Shown here: positions 9,393 through 19,065 of the stretch, in pieces
Layout: each line of letters begins with the position of its first letter
Position numbering within the stretch: position 1 is the first letter of the stretch
DNA from: Candidatus Latescibacterota bacterium
GTDB lineage: Bacteria > Latescibacterota > CBDEFO01
DNA length: 64,000 nt
Assembly: GCA_965237525.1 (NCBI GenBank)
Contig: CBDEFO010000008.1
Coordinates: forward strand, 1,792,001 to 1,856,000
Direction: 5' to 3'
Made by a program: the position numbers and the translations under genes
The notes under the pieces: generated by a model
What the model was told of the DNA's origin: nothing
Database searches by the model: none
What the model saw: the letters and a program-made list of their open reading frames with translations, nothing else

Positions 9393-9935
9393 TCATCTTT
9401 GAGCCTTCTGCTTTTTCGATAAGCTATCAATGATCTGGTCAGCTTTCCTGCCAGGGGAAGTTTCGTCGTTAGATTCTACTATAATGTCCGCCATCCTGTA
9501 GAACTTCTCTCTCTGTTCCAGCATCCGCCTTATCTTGTCCAGCTTTCCCTTTTCATCCAGTCCAGATAGCAGAGGTCGGTGATCGTGATCCCTTACTCTC
9601 TCTACAATCGTCTCCGGTGAAGAAGACAGATAGACGCATATCCCTGACTTTGAGATCGTGTCTCTATTCCTCTGGTGAACAATAGCTCCGCCGCCCAGAG
9701 AGACGATAGCTCCCGAAAGAGAACACGCCTTCTTCACGCAATAGTGCTCCACATCTCTGAAGTAGGCCTCGCCGTCCTCTTCAAAGATCTCGGGAATTGT
9801 CCTTTTCTCCATCTCCTTGATCATATCGTCTGTGTCCAGGAGTTGCATCCCCAGTTTCTCGGAAAGAGCATGGCCGACCTTGGTCTTACCCGCACCCATA
9901 AACCCCGTTAGAAATATATTCTGCCCTTTACACAT
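9393..9935 (-). CDS. aroK: Shikimate kinase
   Basis: GFMGAGKT P-loop, [19 protein letters not shown]. Start reassigned to ATG 9935, overlapping the aroC stop. Confidence 0.95.
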   Translation of the reverse strand: MCKGQNIFLTGFMGAGKTKVGHALSEKLGMQLLDTDDMIKEMEKRTIPEIFEEDGEAYFRDVEHYCVKKACSLSGAIVSLGGGAIVHQRNRDTISKSGICVYLSSSPETIVERVRDHDHRPLLSGLDEKGKLDKIRRMLEQREKFYRMADIIVESNDETSPGRKADQIIDSLSKKQKAQR

Positions 9936-11103
9936 TGTAGCTCTGGACATAAGCTTCGTAGTTGTGTCGGACCTCCTGCATGCTGTCCCCGCCGAACTTC
10001 TCCAGAAAGGCGTCCGCAAGCACAAAGGCGACTACTGCCTCGCCGATAACAGACGCCGCCGGGACGGCGCATACGTCGCTCCTTTCTACGTGAGCTAAGA
10101 CTTTCTCCTTTGTCTCCATGTTTACGGATTCAAGCGGCCTCATTAAGGTGGAAATGGGCTTCTTAGCCACTCTGACGACCAGCGGCTCTCCGTTTGTCAT
10201 CCCGCCCTCCAGGCCCCCTGCGTTGTTCGACTTCCTGTAGTAGCCCTTCGCAGTATTCGTACCACCATGGCCGTAGGCTATCTCATCGTGCACCTGTGAT
10301 CCCTTCCTGCGCGCGCAGTCGAAGCCCAAGCCTATCTCCACTCCCTTCATAGCCTGAATACTCATCAGCGCCTGAGCCAGTCTTCCATCCAGTTTCCTGT
10401 CCCAGTGAACGTGACTTCCCAGTCCTACAGGGAGTCCTGTTGCAACCACCTCGAAAATTCCCCCTGCGGAATCCCCCGCATTTTTAGCTTCATCAATCTT
10501 TTCTATCATCTTCTTTTCAATCTCGGGGTCTACGCATCTGACCGGAGACTTATCTATCTTTTCGTTGGAAAGCTCTTTTAAAGCTTCAATGCTGAGTCTA
10601 TCTCCCTCCACACCTCCGATACAGGTCACGTGGCTCTTGATCTCTATGCCGAACTCCTCCAACAGCTTCCTTGCGATAGCCCCTATGGATACCCTCGTGG
10701 CCGTCTCCCTTGCGCTAGACCTTTCCAGCACATTCCTTATATCCACATGTCCGTATTTGATAGACCCTGCCAGGTCGGCGTGGCCGGGCCTCGGTATCTG
10801 AACAGGATTTACGTTTTCTCCACTTCCCTCAACGCTCATCCTTTCTGTCCAGTTTTCCCAATCCTTATTCTCTATCAAAAGGGCGATAGGCCCTCCCAAG
10901 GTCTTCCCGAATCTCACACCCGAAAGTATCTTCGCCCTGTCGGATTCTATCTTCATCCTCCGGCCGCGTCCGTAGCCCTGTTGTCTCCTCCAGAGTTGAT
11001 GCGCAATATAATCCTCACTTATCTCAAGCCCTGAGGGCATGCCCTCCAGGATGCCTATCAGACCCTGACCGTGAGATTCTCCTGCTGTAAGGTGGCGAAG
11101 CAT
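9928..11103 (-). CDS. aroC: Chorismate synthase
   Basis: [34 protein letters not shown]. Start at 11103 after AAGGAG. Confidence 0.97.
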   Translation of the reverse strand: MLRHLTAGESHGQGLIGILEGMPSGLEISEDYIAHQLWRRQQGYGRGRRMKIESDRAKILSGVRFGKTLGGPIALLIENKDWENWTERMSVEGSGENVNPVQIPRPGHADLAGSIKYGHVDIRNVLERSSARETATRVSIGAIARKLLEEFGIEIKSHVTCIGGVEGDRLSIEALKELSNEKIDKSPVRCVDPEIEKKMIEKIDEAKNAGDSAGGIFEVVATGLPVGLGSHVHWDRKLDGRLAQALMSIQAMKGVEIGLGFDCARRKGSQVHDEIAYGHGGTNTAKGYYRKSNNAGGLEGGMTNGEPLVVRVAKKPISTLMRPLESVNMETKEKVLAHVERSDVCAVPAASVIGEAVVAFVLADAFLEKFGGDSMQEVRHNYEAYVQSYNV

Positions 11104-11144
11104 GTACTGCTCCTTCCTGATAAACAAGCAGACAGCAAAAGTAA

Positions 11145-11214
11145 GTAGAGGCGAACCCATGTGTTCGCCCGATTCATCCGTGTTTTCAGGGCAGACACAC
11201 GGGTCTGCCCTTAC
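11145..11214. repeat. GTAG-type REP-like doublet
   Basis: GTAGAGGCGAAC..GTTCGCCC and GGGCAGAC..GTCTGCCCTTAC hairpins in inverted arrangement. Confidence 0.75.
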
Positions 11215-11220
11215 AAACTT

Positions 11221-12921
11221 CTACATTCTCTCCGGTTTCTTCATCCCCAGGAGCCCTAAGGCGCTCCCTATGACGACCTTTGCAGAATACACAAGAGCGA
11301 TTCTGGCCTTTGTCAACTTTGCGTCGTCGCCTAAAACTCTGCAACTGTTGTAAAACTTATTCGCTGCCGTAGCCACATCTGTGAGGTGTCCGGCGACTAT
11401 AGACGGCTCATACGCCTCGGCGGCGGCCATCACGGTCTGAGGAAATCTTTCCAGAAGCTTGATAAGGTCTGCTTCGGTCTCATGCGTCAAGAGCCCTGCC
11501 TCAACCTCCTTTTCCATCTCTTTGCCGTACTTCCTCAGTACACTGCACAGCCTTGCGTAGGTATACTGCATGTACGGCCCTGTCTCGCCGTCAAAGTTGA
11601 GCGCTCTATCCCAGTCGAAAACCACGTTTTTTGTCCTTCTGCTGGATAGATCTGCAAATATCACAGCTCCTATCCCCACATCCTTTGCCACGCTATCCTT
11701 GTCCTCAAGATCAGGGTTCTTCTCCTCTATTATCTCCCCTGTGAGCTCGACAGCGCCGTTCAGCACATCCTCCAAGAATACTACGTTTCCCCGTCGAGTG
11801 GAGATCTTGCCCTCCCTAAAGCTCATAATTCCGAACGGAACGTGGACGCACCTTTCTACCCAATCCATTCCCATCAACTCCAGGGCCTTGAACAGTTGCC
11901 TGAAGTGCAGGCTCTGCGCCACAGCTGTCGTATAGATCAGCTTATCGAAATTGTACTCCTTAAATCTGTACAATGCAGCGGCTAAGTCCCTGCTGTGATA
12001 TATGCTCGTCCCGTCGCTCTTCCTCAGGATAAGTGGAGGCATGTTATATTCGCTCAAATCCACTATCAGAGCTCCCTCGCTTTCGGTCGCAAGGCCCGCG
12101 TCCAGGGCCTTCTGGACTGCCTCATCTATCATTTCTACGTAGAAACTTTCGCCCGCATACGAGTCGAAGTCCACGTCCAGAGCCTGGTAAATCCTCTTAA
12201 ACTCCTTTAGACTCTCATCCCTGAACCATCTCCACAATTCTACTGCCTCATTGTCCCCCTGCTCAAGCCTTTGAGACCATTCATTAGCTTCTTTACCCAG
12301 AGAATCGTCCTTCTTTGCCTCCTCCTGAAATTTCACATAGAGCTTGAAAAGCTCTGCCATGGTCTCTTCTTCAACCTTTGCTTTATCCCCCCATCTTTTA
12401 TACGCAGCGATAATCTGGGTAAAATTAGTCCCCCAGTCCCCCAGATGATTCACTCCAATACAATTATAGCCCAAGAATTCGTATATCTTCTTTATGGAAT
12501 TCCCTATGGCTGTGGATCTCAGGTGTGCTATATGAAAGGGTTTCGCTATGTTGGGCGAGGAATAGTCTATCACCACAGTTTTGCCGAGACCCTCATCGCT
12601 CCTGCCGTAATCTTCTGCCTCGTTTAAGATCCTGTTTAAGACATACCGGGTAAGCTCCGTCTTGTCAACGAAGAAATTCAGATATGGCCCGGCGCTCTTG
12701 ATCTGGGTTACATATCTGATCCCCTTGACCTTTTCTGATAGCTCGTCCGCTATCTCTGTCGGATTCTTCTTAAACTCTTTTGCCAGTACAAAACACGGGA
12801 AGGCGTAATCGCCCATCTTCCCATCCGGAGGAACTTCTATTGCCCTTTGCACCTCACCTTTGTCGACACCTGCAGCATTACTTATAACCTCAGCTATTTC
12901 GTCGATAAACGGATTTACCAA
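11221..12921 (-). CDS. argS: Arginine--tRNA ligase
   Basis: DYSSPNIAKPFHIAHLRS (HIGH), HLGDWG, KISTRRG, GETGPYMQYTYAR, ends PERM. Confidence 0.97.
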   Translation of the reverse strand: MVNPFIDEIAEVISNAAGVDKGEVQRAIEVPPDGKMGDYAFPCFVLAKEFKKNPTEIADELSEKVKGIRYVTQIKSAGPYLNFFVDKTELTRYVLNRILNEAEDYGRSDEGLGKTVVIDYSSPNIAKPFHIAHLRSTAIGNSIKKIYEFLGYNCIGVNHLGDWGTNFTQIIAAYKRWGDKAKVEEETMAELFKLYVKFQEEAKKDDSLGKEANEWSQRLEQGDNEAVELWRWFRDESLKEFKRIYQALDVDFDSYAGESFYVEMIDEAVQKALDAGLATESEGALIVDLSEYNMPPLILRKSDGTSIYHSRDLAAALYRFKEYNFDKLIYTTAVAQSLHFRQLFKALELMGMDWVERCVHVPFGIMSFREGKISTRRGNVVFLEDVLNGAVELTGEIIEEKNPDLEDKDSVAKDVGIGAVIFADLSSRRTKNVVFDWDRALNFDGETGPYMQYTYARLCSVLRKYGKEMEKEVEAGLLTHETEADLIKLLERFPQTVMAAAEAYEPSIVAGHLTDVATAANKFYNSCRVLGDDAKLTKARIALVYSAKVVIGSALGLLGMKKPERM

Positions 12922-12928
12922 GAATGTC

Positions 12929-13534
12929 TCACCTTTTCAAGTATTCAACCAGATCGTTTATTGAGATAATTCTGATACCATACCTGCCTGCAAAATGAAC
13001 TAATTCGTCTAATGTAGCCATACCTCCATCTTCATCCAGGATCTCGCTTATTACGGCCGCAGGATACAAACCGGCTCCAATAGATAGATCGACTGCCGCT
13101 TCGGTATGCCCCGGTCTTTTTAGTACGCCACCCTCTTCATACCTTAAAGGAAACATGTGACCCGGTCTTAGCAGGTCTTCCGGGGTCGTATCTGGATCTA
13201 AAACGGCCTTAATAGTCCTTGCTCTATCGTAAGCTGATATCCCTGTCGTTGTGCCCTTTTTTGCATCGATTGACACCGTAAATGCACATCTTGTTATCTC
13301 GGTATTGTCCTGGACCATTTGAGGAATCTTTAATTCATGAAGGCGTTTCCCCGTTATGGCCAGACAAAGGAGACCGCGGGCATATCTGAGCATGAAATTT
13401 ATCTTTTCCGGAGTGGCCTTCTCTGCCGCTATTACCAAGTCACCTTCATTTTCTCGCTTTTCATCATCTACTACTATGACGAATTTCCCCGCTTTGATGT
13501 CTTCTATTGCTTCGTTGATAGTCCAAAATGACAT
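12929..13534 (-). CDS. ribB: 3,4-dihydroxy-2-butanone-4-phosphate synthase
   Basis: VVDDEKRENEGDL, FTVSIDA, TTGISAYDRA, RPGHTEAAVDL. Confidence 0.95.
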   Translation of the reverse strand: MSFWTINEAIEDIKAGKFVIVVDDEKRENEGDLVIAAEKATPEKINFMLRYARGLLCLAITGKRLHELKIPQMVQDNTEITRCAFTVSIDAKKGTTTGISAYDRARTIKAVLDPDTTPEDLLRPGHMFPLRYEEGGVLKRPGHTEAAVDLSIGAGLYPAAVISEILDEDGGMATLDELVHFAGRYGIRIISINDLVEYLKR

Positions 13535-13612
13535 TTGTCACCTTTAACTGATTCCTGGATACGCGGTATTTGCACAGGAGTGTGCTTTGAGATAAGGCAT
13601 TACACAGACTCC

Positions 13613-14320
13613 TTACTCCACCTTTACGCCGCAGTATAGGCTCACAATCCCGAACGTAAGGCGCTTTTCCTCCAAATCTTCGAATCCCGCCTGCTCCATA
13701 TAACGCAAGAATTCATCTCCCTGGGCAAATTGCGTCGTGGAATCGTAGAGGTAGCGATAGGCCTGCGTATCTCCTGAAACGAGGCCCCCTATAGTGGTAA
13801 GAACGTACTTAAAATACAAAAAATAGGCTGCCTTGAGAATTGGTATCGTCGGTCTTGAGAACTCTAACACCACAGACCTCCCGCTCGACCTTAAGACTCT
13901 GTAGATCTCCCCTAAACTCCTGTCTAGATCCACAACGTTCCTAACACCGAACCCCACTATCATCCCGTCGAAAGTGTCATTTCCAAAGGGCAGTTGCCCT
14001 GCGTCTGCGCAAACCAAAGAGAGTGTTTTTTCATATCCCCTTGTATGAAATTTCTCGGCGCACAGCTTCAGCATTTCTTGTGCGGCGTCCACGCCGACTA
14101 TATTCGTCAAAGTGCCCTTTCTTACGACTGCTAACCCCATATCTCCCGTCCCCGCGCACAGATCTAGAATTCTCTCTTTCTCTTTTATCTCTAATAGCTT
14201 TGCGGCAGAATTTCTCCAGTAAAGATCGAGGCCGAAGCTCAGCAATCTATTTAAAAGATCATAGGTCTTCGATATCCTCTCGAACATACCTGTGATGGAG
14301 TTCTGTTCTTCCCTTTTCAC
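13613..14320 (-). CDS. menG: UbiE/MenG family quinone C-methyltransferase
   Basis: YDLLNRLLSFGLD..WR, LDLCAGTGD, FGVRNV, AYRYLYDS. Confidence 0.85.
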   Translation of the reverse strand: MKREEQNSITGMFERISKTYDLLNRLLSFGLDLYWRNSAAKLLEIKEKERILDLCAGTGDMGLAVVRKGTLTNIVGVDAAQEMLKLCAEKFHTRGYEKTLSLVCADAGQLPFGNDTFDGMIVGFGVRNVVDLDRSLGEIYRVLRSSGRSVVLEFSRPTIPILKAAYFLYFKYVLTTIGGLVSGDTQAYRYLYDSTTQFAQGDEFLRYMEQAGFEDLEEKRLTFGIVSLYCGVKVE

Positions 14321-15177
14321 TTAAATCGCTCTATAAGGCTTCTCTTCATCACGTCGGTCGGAGGTTCTATGCCCGTCCATATCTGGAAAGACCTTGCCCC
14401 CTGAAGGACCAGCATGTCCAGCCCGCCTATGACCTTGGCTCCTCGTGATTTGGCCTCGGACATCAGTTTCGTCTCCGGTGGGTTCGGCACAGAATCAAAG
14501 ACCACCAGGCGGCTGTGGAGACCTGAACCGTCACCGAGGGGATAGGCGTTCACATTAGGATGCATGCCCACAGAGGTCACATTGATTAACAACTCACAGT
14601 CTTTCAGTTCATCCTTTAGAACCTGGCTGTGTAGCACGTTGCTCCTTATCCCCTTTCCCCGATTGGAGAACTCATCTTTTAACTTTTCGGCCTTTTCGAC
14701 CGTTCGATTTAGTATCACAATCTCTTCGACCTCGTCCACTGTCGTCAGTCCATAGATGACAGCCCTTGCGGCTCCACCTGCCCCTAATACTACGACTTTA
14801 GGCGCAAAACAGCCTTTGCCCCCCTCTCTCCTCAAAGATTCAAGGAATCCGTAGACATCGGTATTATGGCCTGTAAGCTTCCCATCCGTGTTAGCTATAG
14901 TGTTAACCGCGCCTACAGCTTGGGCTTCCTGTGAAATCTCGTCCAGAAACTCCATAACTGCCACTTTATGAGGGATCGTTACATTGGTTCCGCCCATACC
15001 AAGGCCTCTTATCCCTCGTACAGTATCCTCAACGTTTTCTGGCAATACATCAAATGCGACGTAGCACCAGTCAATCGCCAAAGCCTCAATAGCCGCATTG
15101 TGCATAGCTGGAGAGAGCGAATGACTTATAGGGTGTCCGATGACGGCAAGGAGCCTGGTGTTGCTCGTAATCTTCAA
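14317..15177 (-). CDS. aroE: Shikimate dehydrogenase
   Basis: GHPISHSLSPAMHN, NVTIPHK, GAVNT, NTD, GAGGAARA. Confidence 0.96.
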   Translation of the reverse strand: MKITSNTRLLAVIGHPISHSLSPAMHNAAIEALAIDWCYVAFDVLPENVEDTVRGIRGLGMGGTNVTIPHKVAVMEFLDEISQEAQAVGAVNTIANTDGKLTGHNTDVYGFLESLRREGGKGCFAPKVVVLGAGGAARAVIYGLTTVDEVEEIVILNRTVEKAEKLKDEFSNRGKGIRSNVLHSQVLKDELKDCELLINVTSVGMHPNVNAYPLGDGSGLHSRLVVFDSVPNPPETKLMSEAKSRGAKVIGGLDMLVLQGARSFQIWTGIEPPTDVMKRSLIERFK

Positions 15178-15182
15178 GAGCT

Positions 15183-15329
15183 TTACTGCCCTCCCAGGAG
15201 ATCGGCTATGAATTGATCTGCAATCTCAAAGCTCTCCCGCCACGAACACTTATAGGCGTACTTGATCAGCACTATTCCGCCCAGGAGGATAAACGCTATG
15301 AAGATTAGAAACTGAAAAAGAGCTCTCAT
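15183..15329 (-). CDS. 48-aa single-pass membrane protein
   Basis: Not in track. MRALFQFLIFIAFILLGGIVLIKYAYKCSWRESFEIADQFIADLLGGQ; AAGGAG RBS; fills the aroA-aroE gap with 2- and 5-nt spacers. Confidence 0.65.
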   Translation of the reverse strand: MRALFQFLIFIAFILLGGIVLIKYAYKCSWRESFEIADQFIADLLGGQ

Positions 15330-15331
15330 CG

Positions 15332-16633
15332 TCAGTTCTCCTTCAAAGAGTCCAAAATGTCAAAAAACCCCGGAAAAGATATGTCCACCCACTCTGTTCC
15401 CTGAATTATCGTCTCACCTTCGGATACCAATCCTGCAACAGCGAACGCCATGGCCGTTCTGTGATCTTCGAAGCTATCTATCCTTGTCCCCTGAAGCCTT
15501 CTGCCTCCCTCAATTATAAAGCCGTCCTGAAGTTCCCCCACCTTTGCCTCCATTCTCCTCAAATTATCGACCAGGGCCGTTATCCGGTCTGTTTCCTTCT
15601 TCCTCAGCTCTTCGGCGTCTCTGACCAAGAATTCCCCCGTTGCCTGCGTTGCAGCCACAGCCAATATGGGGATCTCATCGATCAGCGTCGGAACAATATC
15701 TCCACCTATTTTTGTCTTTTTCAACTCCGAACCTCTCACCACGATGTCTCCTACGAGTTCGCCTCCACTTTGGTACTCATTTTCAACGGATATGCTCGCC
15801 CCCATTCTCCTTAAGATGTCCAATATGCCTCGCCTTGTGGGATTCAGTCCCACGTCTTTGATCACAACCTCGGAATTAGGCACAATTGCCGCTGCTACTA
15901 TGAAAAACGCCGCCGCCGAAATATCACCCGGAACGATACTATCGATCGCATCTAACTGGGCACCTCCCTCGACCGACACCTCGTATCCCTTTCTATCCTT
16001 CAGCCTTACTGTCCCAACGTTCGCTCCTGCAGACCTCAACATCCTTTCTGTATGATCCCTCGTCTTTGCTGTCTCGATGATTGAGGTGCTGCCATCGGTG
16101 TATAGTCCTGCCAAGAGGATGCACGACTTGACCTGCGCGCTTAAGACCGGCACCTCGTAGCGTATAGGCTCAAGGTCCCCCCCCGCGATCTTCAAGGGCG
16201 GATACTCGTCATCCAGGCCCGAAATCTGGGCACCCATCAACCTCAAGGGCTTCATAATCCTCCCCATCGGACGCCTATTTAATGACTCATCGCCTTTCAG
16301 ACAGCACTCAAAGCCCTGACCGGCTAATATCCCGGACAGAAGCCGCATCGTCGTCCCTGAGTTTTCGGCGTCCAGTTCGCCATCGGATCTCTTAAGCCCC
16401 CTAAGACCTGTGCCCTGAACGACTATCCCGTTATCGCTCATATCTACCTTTCCACCCAGTTCTCTTAGGCAGTTGACTGTGCTCTGGCAATCCCTGCCTG
16501 AAGGGAAATTCACTATCCTGCTTTTCCCCTTTGCGATGCCTCCAATCATCGCAGCACGATGCGAGATAGACTTATCCCCCGGAACTACAACTTCTCCTTT
16601 TAGGACTTTAGCCGGAGTTATCGTCCTTTCCAT
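15332..16633 (-). CDS. aroA: EPSP synthase
   Basis: PGDKSISHRA, NSGTTMRL, SAQVKS, RDHTERML, IDEIP, KETDRI, DHR. Confidence 0.97.
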   Translation of the reverse strand: MERTITPAKVLKGEVVVPGDKSISHRAAMIGGIAKGKSRIVNFPSGRDCQSTVNCLRELGGKVDMSDNGIVVQGTGLRGLKRSDGELDAENSGTTMRLLSGILAGQGFECCLKGDESLNRRPMGRIMKPLRLMGAQISGLDDEYPPLKIAGGDLEPIRYEVPVLSAQVKSCILLAGLYTDGSTSIIETAKTRDHTERMLRSAGANVGTVRLKDRKGYEVSVEGGAQLDAIDSIVPGDISAAAFFIVAAAIVPNSEVVIKDVGLNPTRRGILDILRRMGASISVENEYQSGGELVGDIVVRGSELKKTKIGGDIVPTLIDEIPILAVAATQATGEFLVRDAEELRKKETDRITALVDNLRRMEAKVGELQDGFIIEGGRRLQGTRIDSFEDHRTAMAFAVAGLVSEGETIIQGTEWVDISFPGFFDILDSLKEN

Positions 16634-16755
16634 AGATGCCCTGTTCTTTCAAATAGCGTTCCATTCGACTCAAAAACTCTTCAGCATGGGCGAGTAGACC
16701 TCGCCCCTACTTCATTCCAGTACGCCCGAATTGCCTCTAATTGTTCCTCTTCCAT
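16608..16755 (-). pseudogene. Internally deleted HEPN-like gene with a REP at the junction
   Basis: N-stub MEEEQLEAIRAYWN overlaps the MNT gene end; REP at 16688-16710; C-stub HAEEFLSRMERYLKEQG in another frame. Confidence 0.5.
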
Positions 16756-17123
16756 ATCCTTTTTCCCTCTACCTGAACGTTGTGTATGAAAGGATAGAAG
16801 CTCAACTTGTCCTCAGGAATATGTGAAGAGGGTATGATTTGAACGGATATAATGAATCTGAAGTCATACTTATCCTGGAGGTCGTACGCTATATCTCTTA
16901 GACTCTCCAGCAACTCCCGATCCTCAGAGGGAACAGCAACCAGAATATCAATATCCGATTCGGACGTGGAATCTTCTCTTGCCTTGGAGCCGTAGAGCCA
17001 TATAGAGTCGATCCTATCTTCAAATTTCCCTACAACTTTCCCCACATATGTATCTATAATTACTCTTTCCTCATTCGACAGGCTCGTTATTGTCTCCAAA
17101 CTATCTTTGCGATCTTCTATCAT
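16737..17123 (-). CDS. Minimal nucleotidyltransferase (MNT-type antitoxin)
   Basis: LYGSKAR....ESDIDILV motif; start MIEDRK at 17123 after GAGGAGGAG. Confidence 0.85.
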   Translation of the reverse strand: MIEDRKDSLETITSLSNEERVIIDTYVGKVVGKFEDRIDSIWLYGSKAREDSTSESDIDILVAVPSEDRELLESLRDIAYDLQDKYDFRFIISVQIIPSSHIPEDKLSFYPFIHNVQVEGKRIWKRNN

Positions 17124-17199
17124 CTCCTCCTCGCCTCGTAGCCATAATTGAGGGGTAGCCATAAACTAAAGGGTCCCTTATGTAGAAACGGGGACAGAA

Positions 17200-17817
17200 T
17201 CATTTCTTTTGAGCTAGAATCCATAAATGATGTTCTAAATAATGGTGTTCTTCTTCCACATGAAGGAGTCTAAATCCAGCTTCTTGAATTAATTTCTTAT
17301 TTTCTTCAATTGAATAAGAACTCCATGCCATCTCTGAACCAATCCACTCTTCAACAGCCATAAGCATTCCGTTCATTCCCATGGTAACAAGAATAGGCCC
17401 TTTTTCTTTGAGAATAATGTAAATTTTTTCAAAAAGATGTTTATGCTCTTCTCTCGGAATATGAAAAATTGCGTATAATGAAACAACAGCATCAAATGAT
17501 CCTGATTCAAAATCAATATTAGACAAATCTCCTTTTATGTATTTTGCCTGAGGGACATTCTTCCTTGCAATGTTGATATGTTTTTGTGAAATGTCTATGC
17601 CTGTAATCTCGCAGCCAGGTTTAACGAGATATTTATCGTAGGGTATTCCAATACCAGAACCAAGATCAAGGATGTTTGCATTTTTAGGGATTAATTGCAA
17701 TAATTTATCAAGAAATCTTTGTTCCATTTCATTCAGGTTTTTATTTAATCTAAAGAATTTTTGGTAATCTCCCTCATCATATCCTTTTTCAACAATTTTC
17801 CGTATATCTTTTGCCAT
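17200..17817 (-). CDS. Class I SAM-dependent methyltransferase (AT-rich insert)
   Basis: ILDLGSGIG, GIDIS, FDAVVSLYAIFHIPR. Confidence 0.88.
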   Translation of the reverse strand: MAKDIRKIVEKGYDEGDYQKFFRLNKNLNEMEQRFLDKLLQLIPKNANILDLGSGIGIPYDKYLVKPGCEITGIDISQKHINIARKNVPQAKYIKGDLSNIDFESGSFDAVVSLYAIFHIPREEHKHLFEKIYIILKEKGPILVTMGMNGMLMAVEEWIGSEMAWSSYSIEENKKLIQEAGFRLLHVEEEHHYLEHHLWILAQKK

Positions 17818-17883
17818 CTACAATTTCCCTTTCCTCATCCGACAAGCCCGTTATTGTCTCTAAACTATCTTTGCGATCTTCTA

Positions 17884-18987
17884 TCATCTCCTCCTTGCCT
17901 CGTAACCTCCCATTGTCAACATTTTCACGGCCTTATCCGCCTCTCTATTTCCCTCGAAGGCCAACCTTAAAGTTCCTCCCTCGCCCTCCCTTACCTTGAG
18001 GACCTCTATGTCGCTGATATTGATGCCCTCATCTGCTAAAATCCCTGAAATCTGCGCGATCGCGCCAGGTCTGTCCTCAGCTACTACTAAGATCTCAGGG
18101 TGAGGTCTCAAGAATCCCTTAGAATCTTTCGGGATGCTCTCGCGCGTTCTGTTTGCTGACCGGAAGGCATCTTCGAGGCCCTTCTGTTTGAGCTTTCTTT
18201 TTGTATCCTCAAGATAAGATATATACCGGTCTATCGTACCCAAGATACGATCTGTGTTCGTGGCGCAGATGTCCTCCCACATTGTGTAGGGACTCGAGGC
18301 TATCCTGGTCATATCCCTGAATCCCCCTGCGGCTAATTGAAGGAACAGGCCATTTTCCTCGTTCAATCTCCCCACCATCTGTACCAGCGCCACAGCCATC
18401 ATCTGAGGGAGATGGCTGATCACGGCGGCTATAGTATCATGCTCGGAAGGAGACATCACCACGACCTTGGCTCCCAAAGATTTCAACAGATCTTCCAGAC
18501 TGTTCGACACTTCATCTGGCACATTCTTCCCCGGAGTCAAGACGTATATCGCATTTTGGAACAGGAATGGATCGGAAGCTCCTACGCCTCTGCTTTCGGA
18601 CCCCGCCATAGGATGACCGCCTACGAAATAGGCTCCGCTTTTTAGGACACTTTCCGCCGTCGCGGTGATCTCTTCCTTTGTGCTCCCCACGTCTGTTATT
18701 ATCGCTCCATCTTTTACGTATCTCGAGATTTCTCGCAAAAGTTCCTGAATTCTGAGTATAGGTGTGCACAAAAAGACAAGGTCGGCTTCGGCTATGTGTC
18801 CTTTCATCTCCTCATAGGCGCACCCATCGTCTATCGCGCCTAATTGCAGAGCCTTACGGATCGTAGACTTTCTGCTTATGCCAGAAATCCTCCTATCTGA
18901 TCCGGTCCTCTTCAGTGCCAGCCCTAAAGAACCGCCGATCAATCCTACACCCACAATTGCTATACTCTTAAAGTCCAATTCTTCCAT
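17884..18987 (-). CDS. tyrA: Prephenate/arogenate dehydrogenase with C-terminal ACT domain
   Basis: VGVGLIGGS, TDVGSTK, GGHPMAGSE, ISHLPQ, GFRDMTRIASS, EDRPGAIAQI. Confidence 0.93.
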   Translation of the reverse strand: MEELDFKSIAIVGVGLIGGSLGLALKRTGSDRRISGISRKSTIRKALQLGAIDDGCAYEEMKGHIAEADLVFLCTPILRIQELLREISRYVKDGAIITDVGSTKEEITATAESVLKSGAYFVGGHPMAGSESRGVGASDPFLFQNAIYVLTPGKNVPDEVSNSLEDLLKSLGAKVVVMSPSEHDTIAAVISHLPQMMAVALVQMVGRLNEENGLFLQLAAGGFRDMTRIASSPYTMWEDICATNTDRILGTIDRYISYLEDTKRKLKQKGLEDAFRSANRTRESIPKDSKGFLRPHPEILVVAEDRPGAIAQISGILADEGINISDIEVLKVREGEGGTLRLAFEGNREADKAVKMLTMGGYEARRR

Positions 18988-19065
18988 TCTAGCGCTCCAG
19001 ATACAGCTCTTGTCTTTTCCTGTCTACCCCCCGTTGAATCTATCGGGGACCAGTGTTTACTATAC

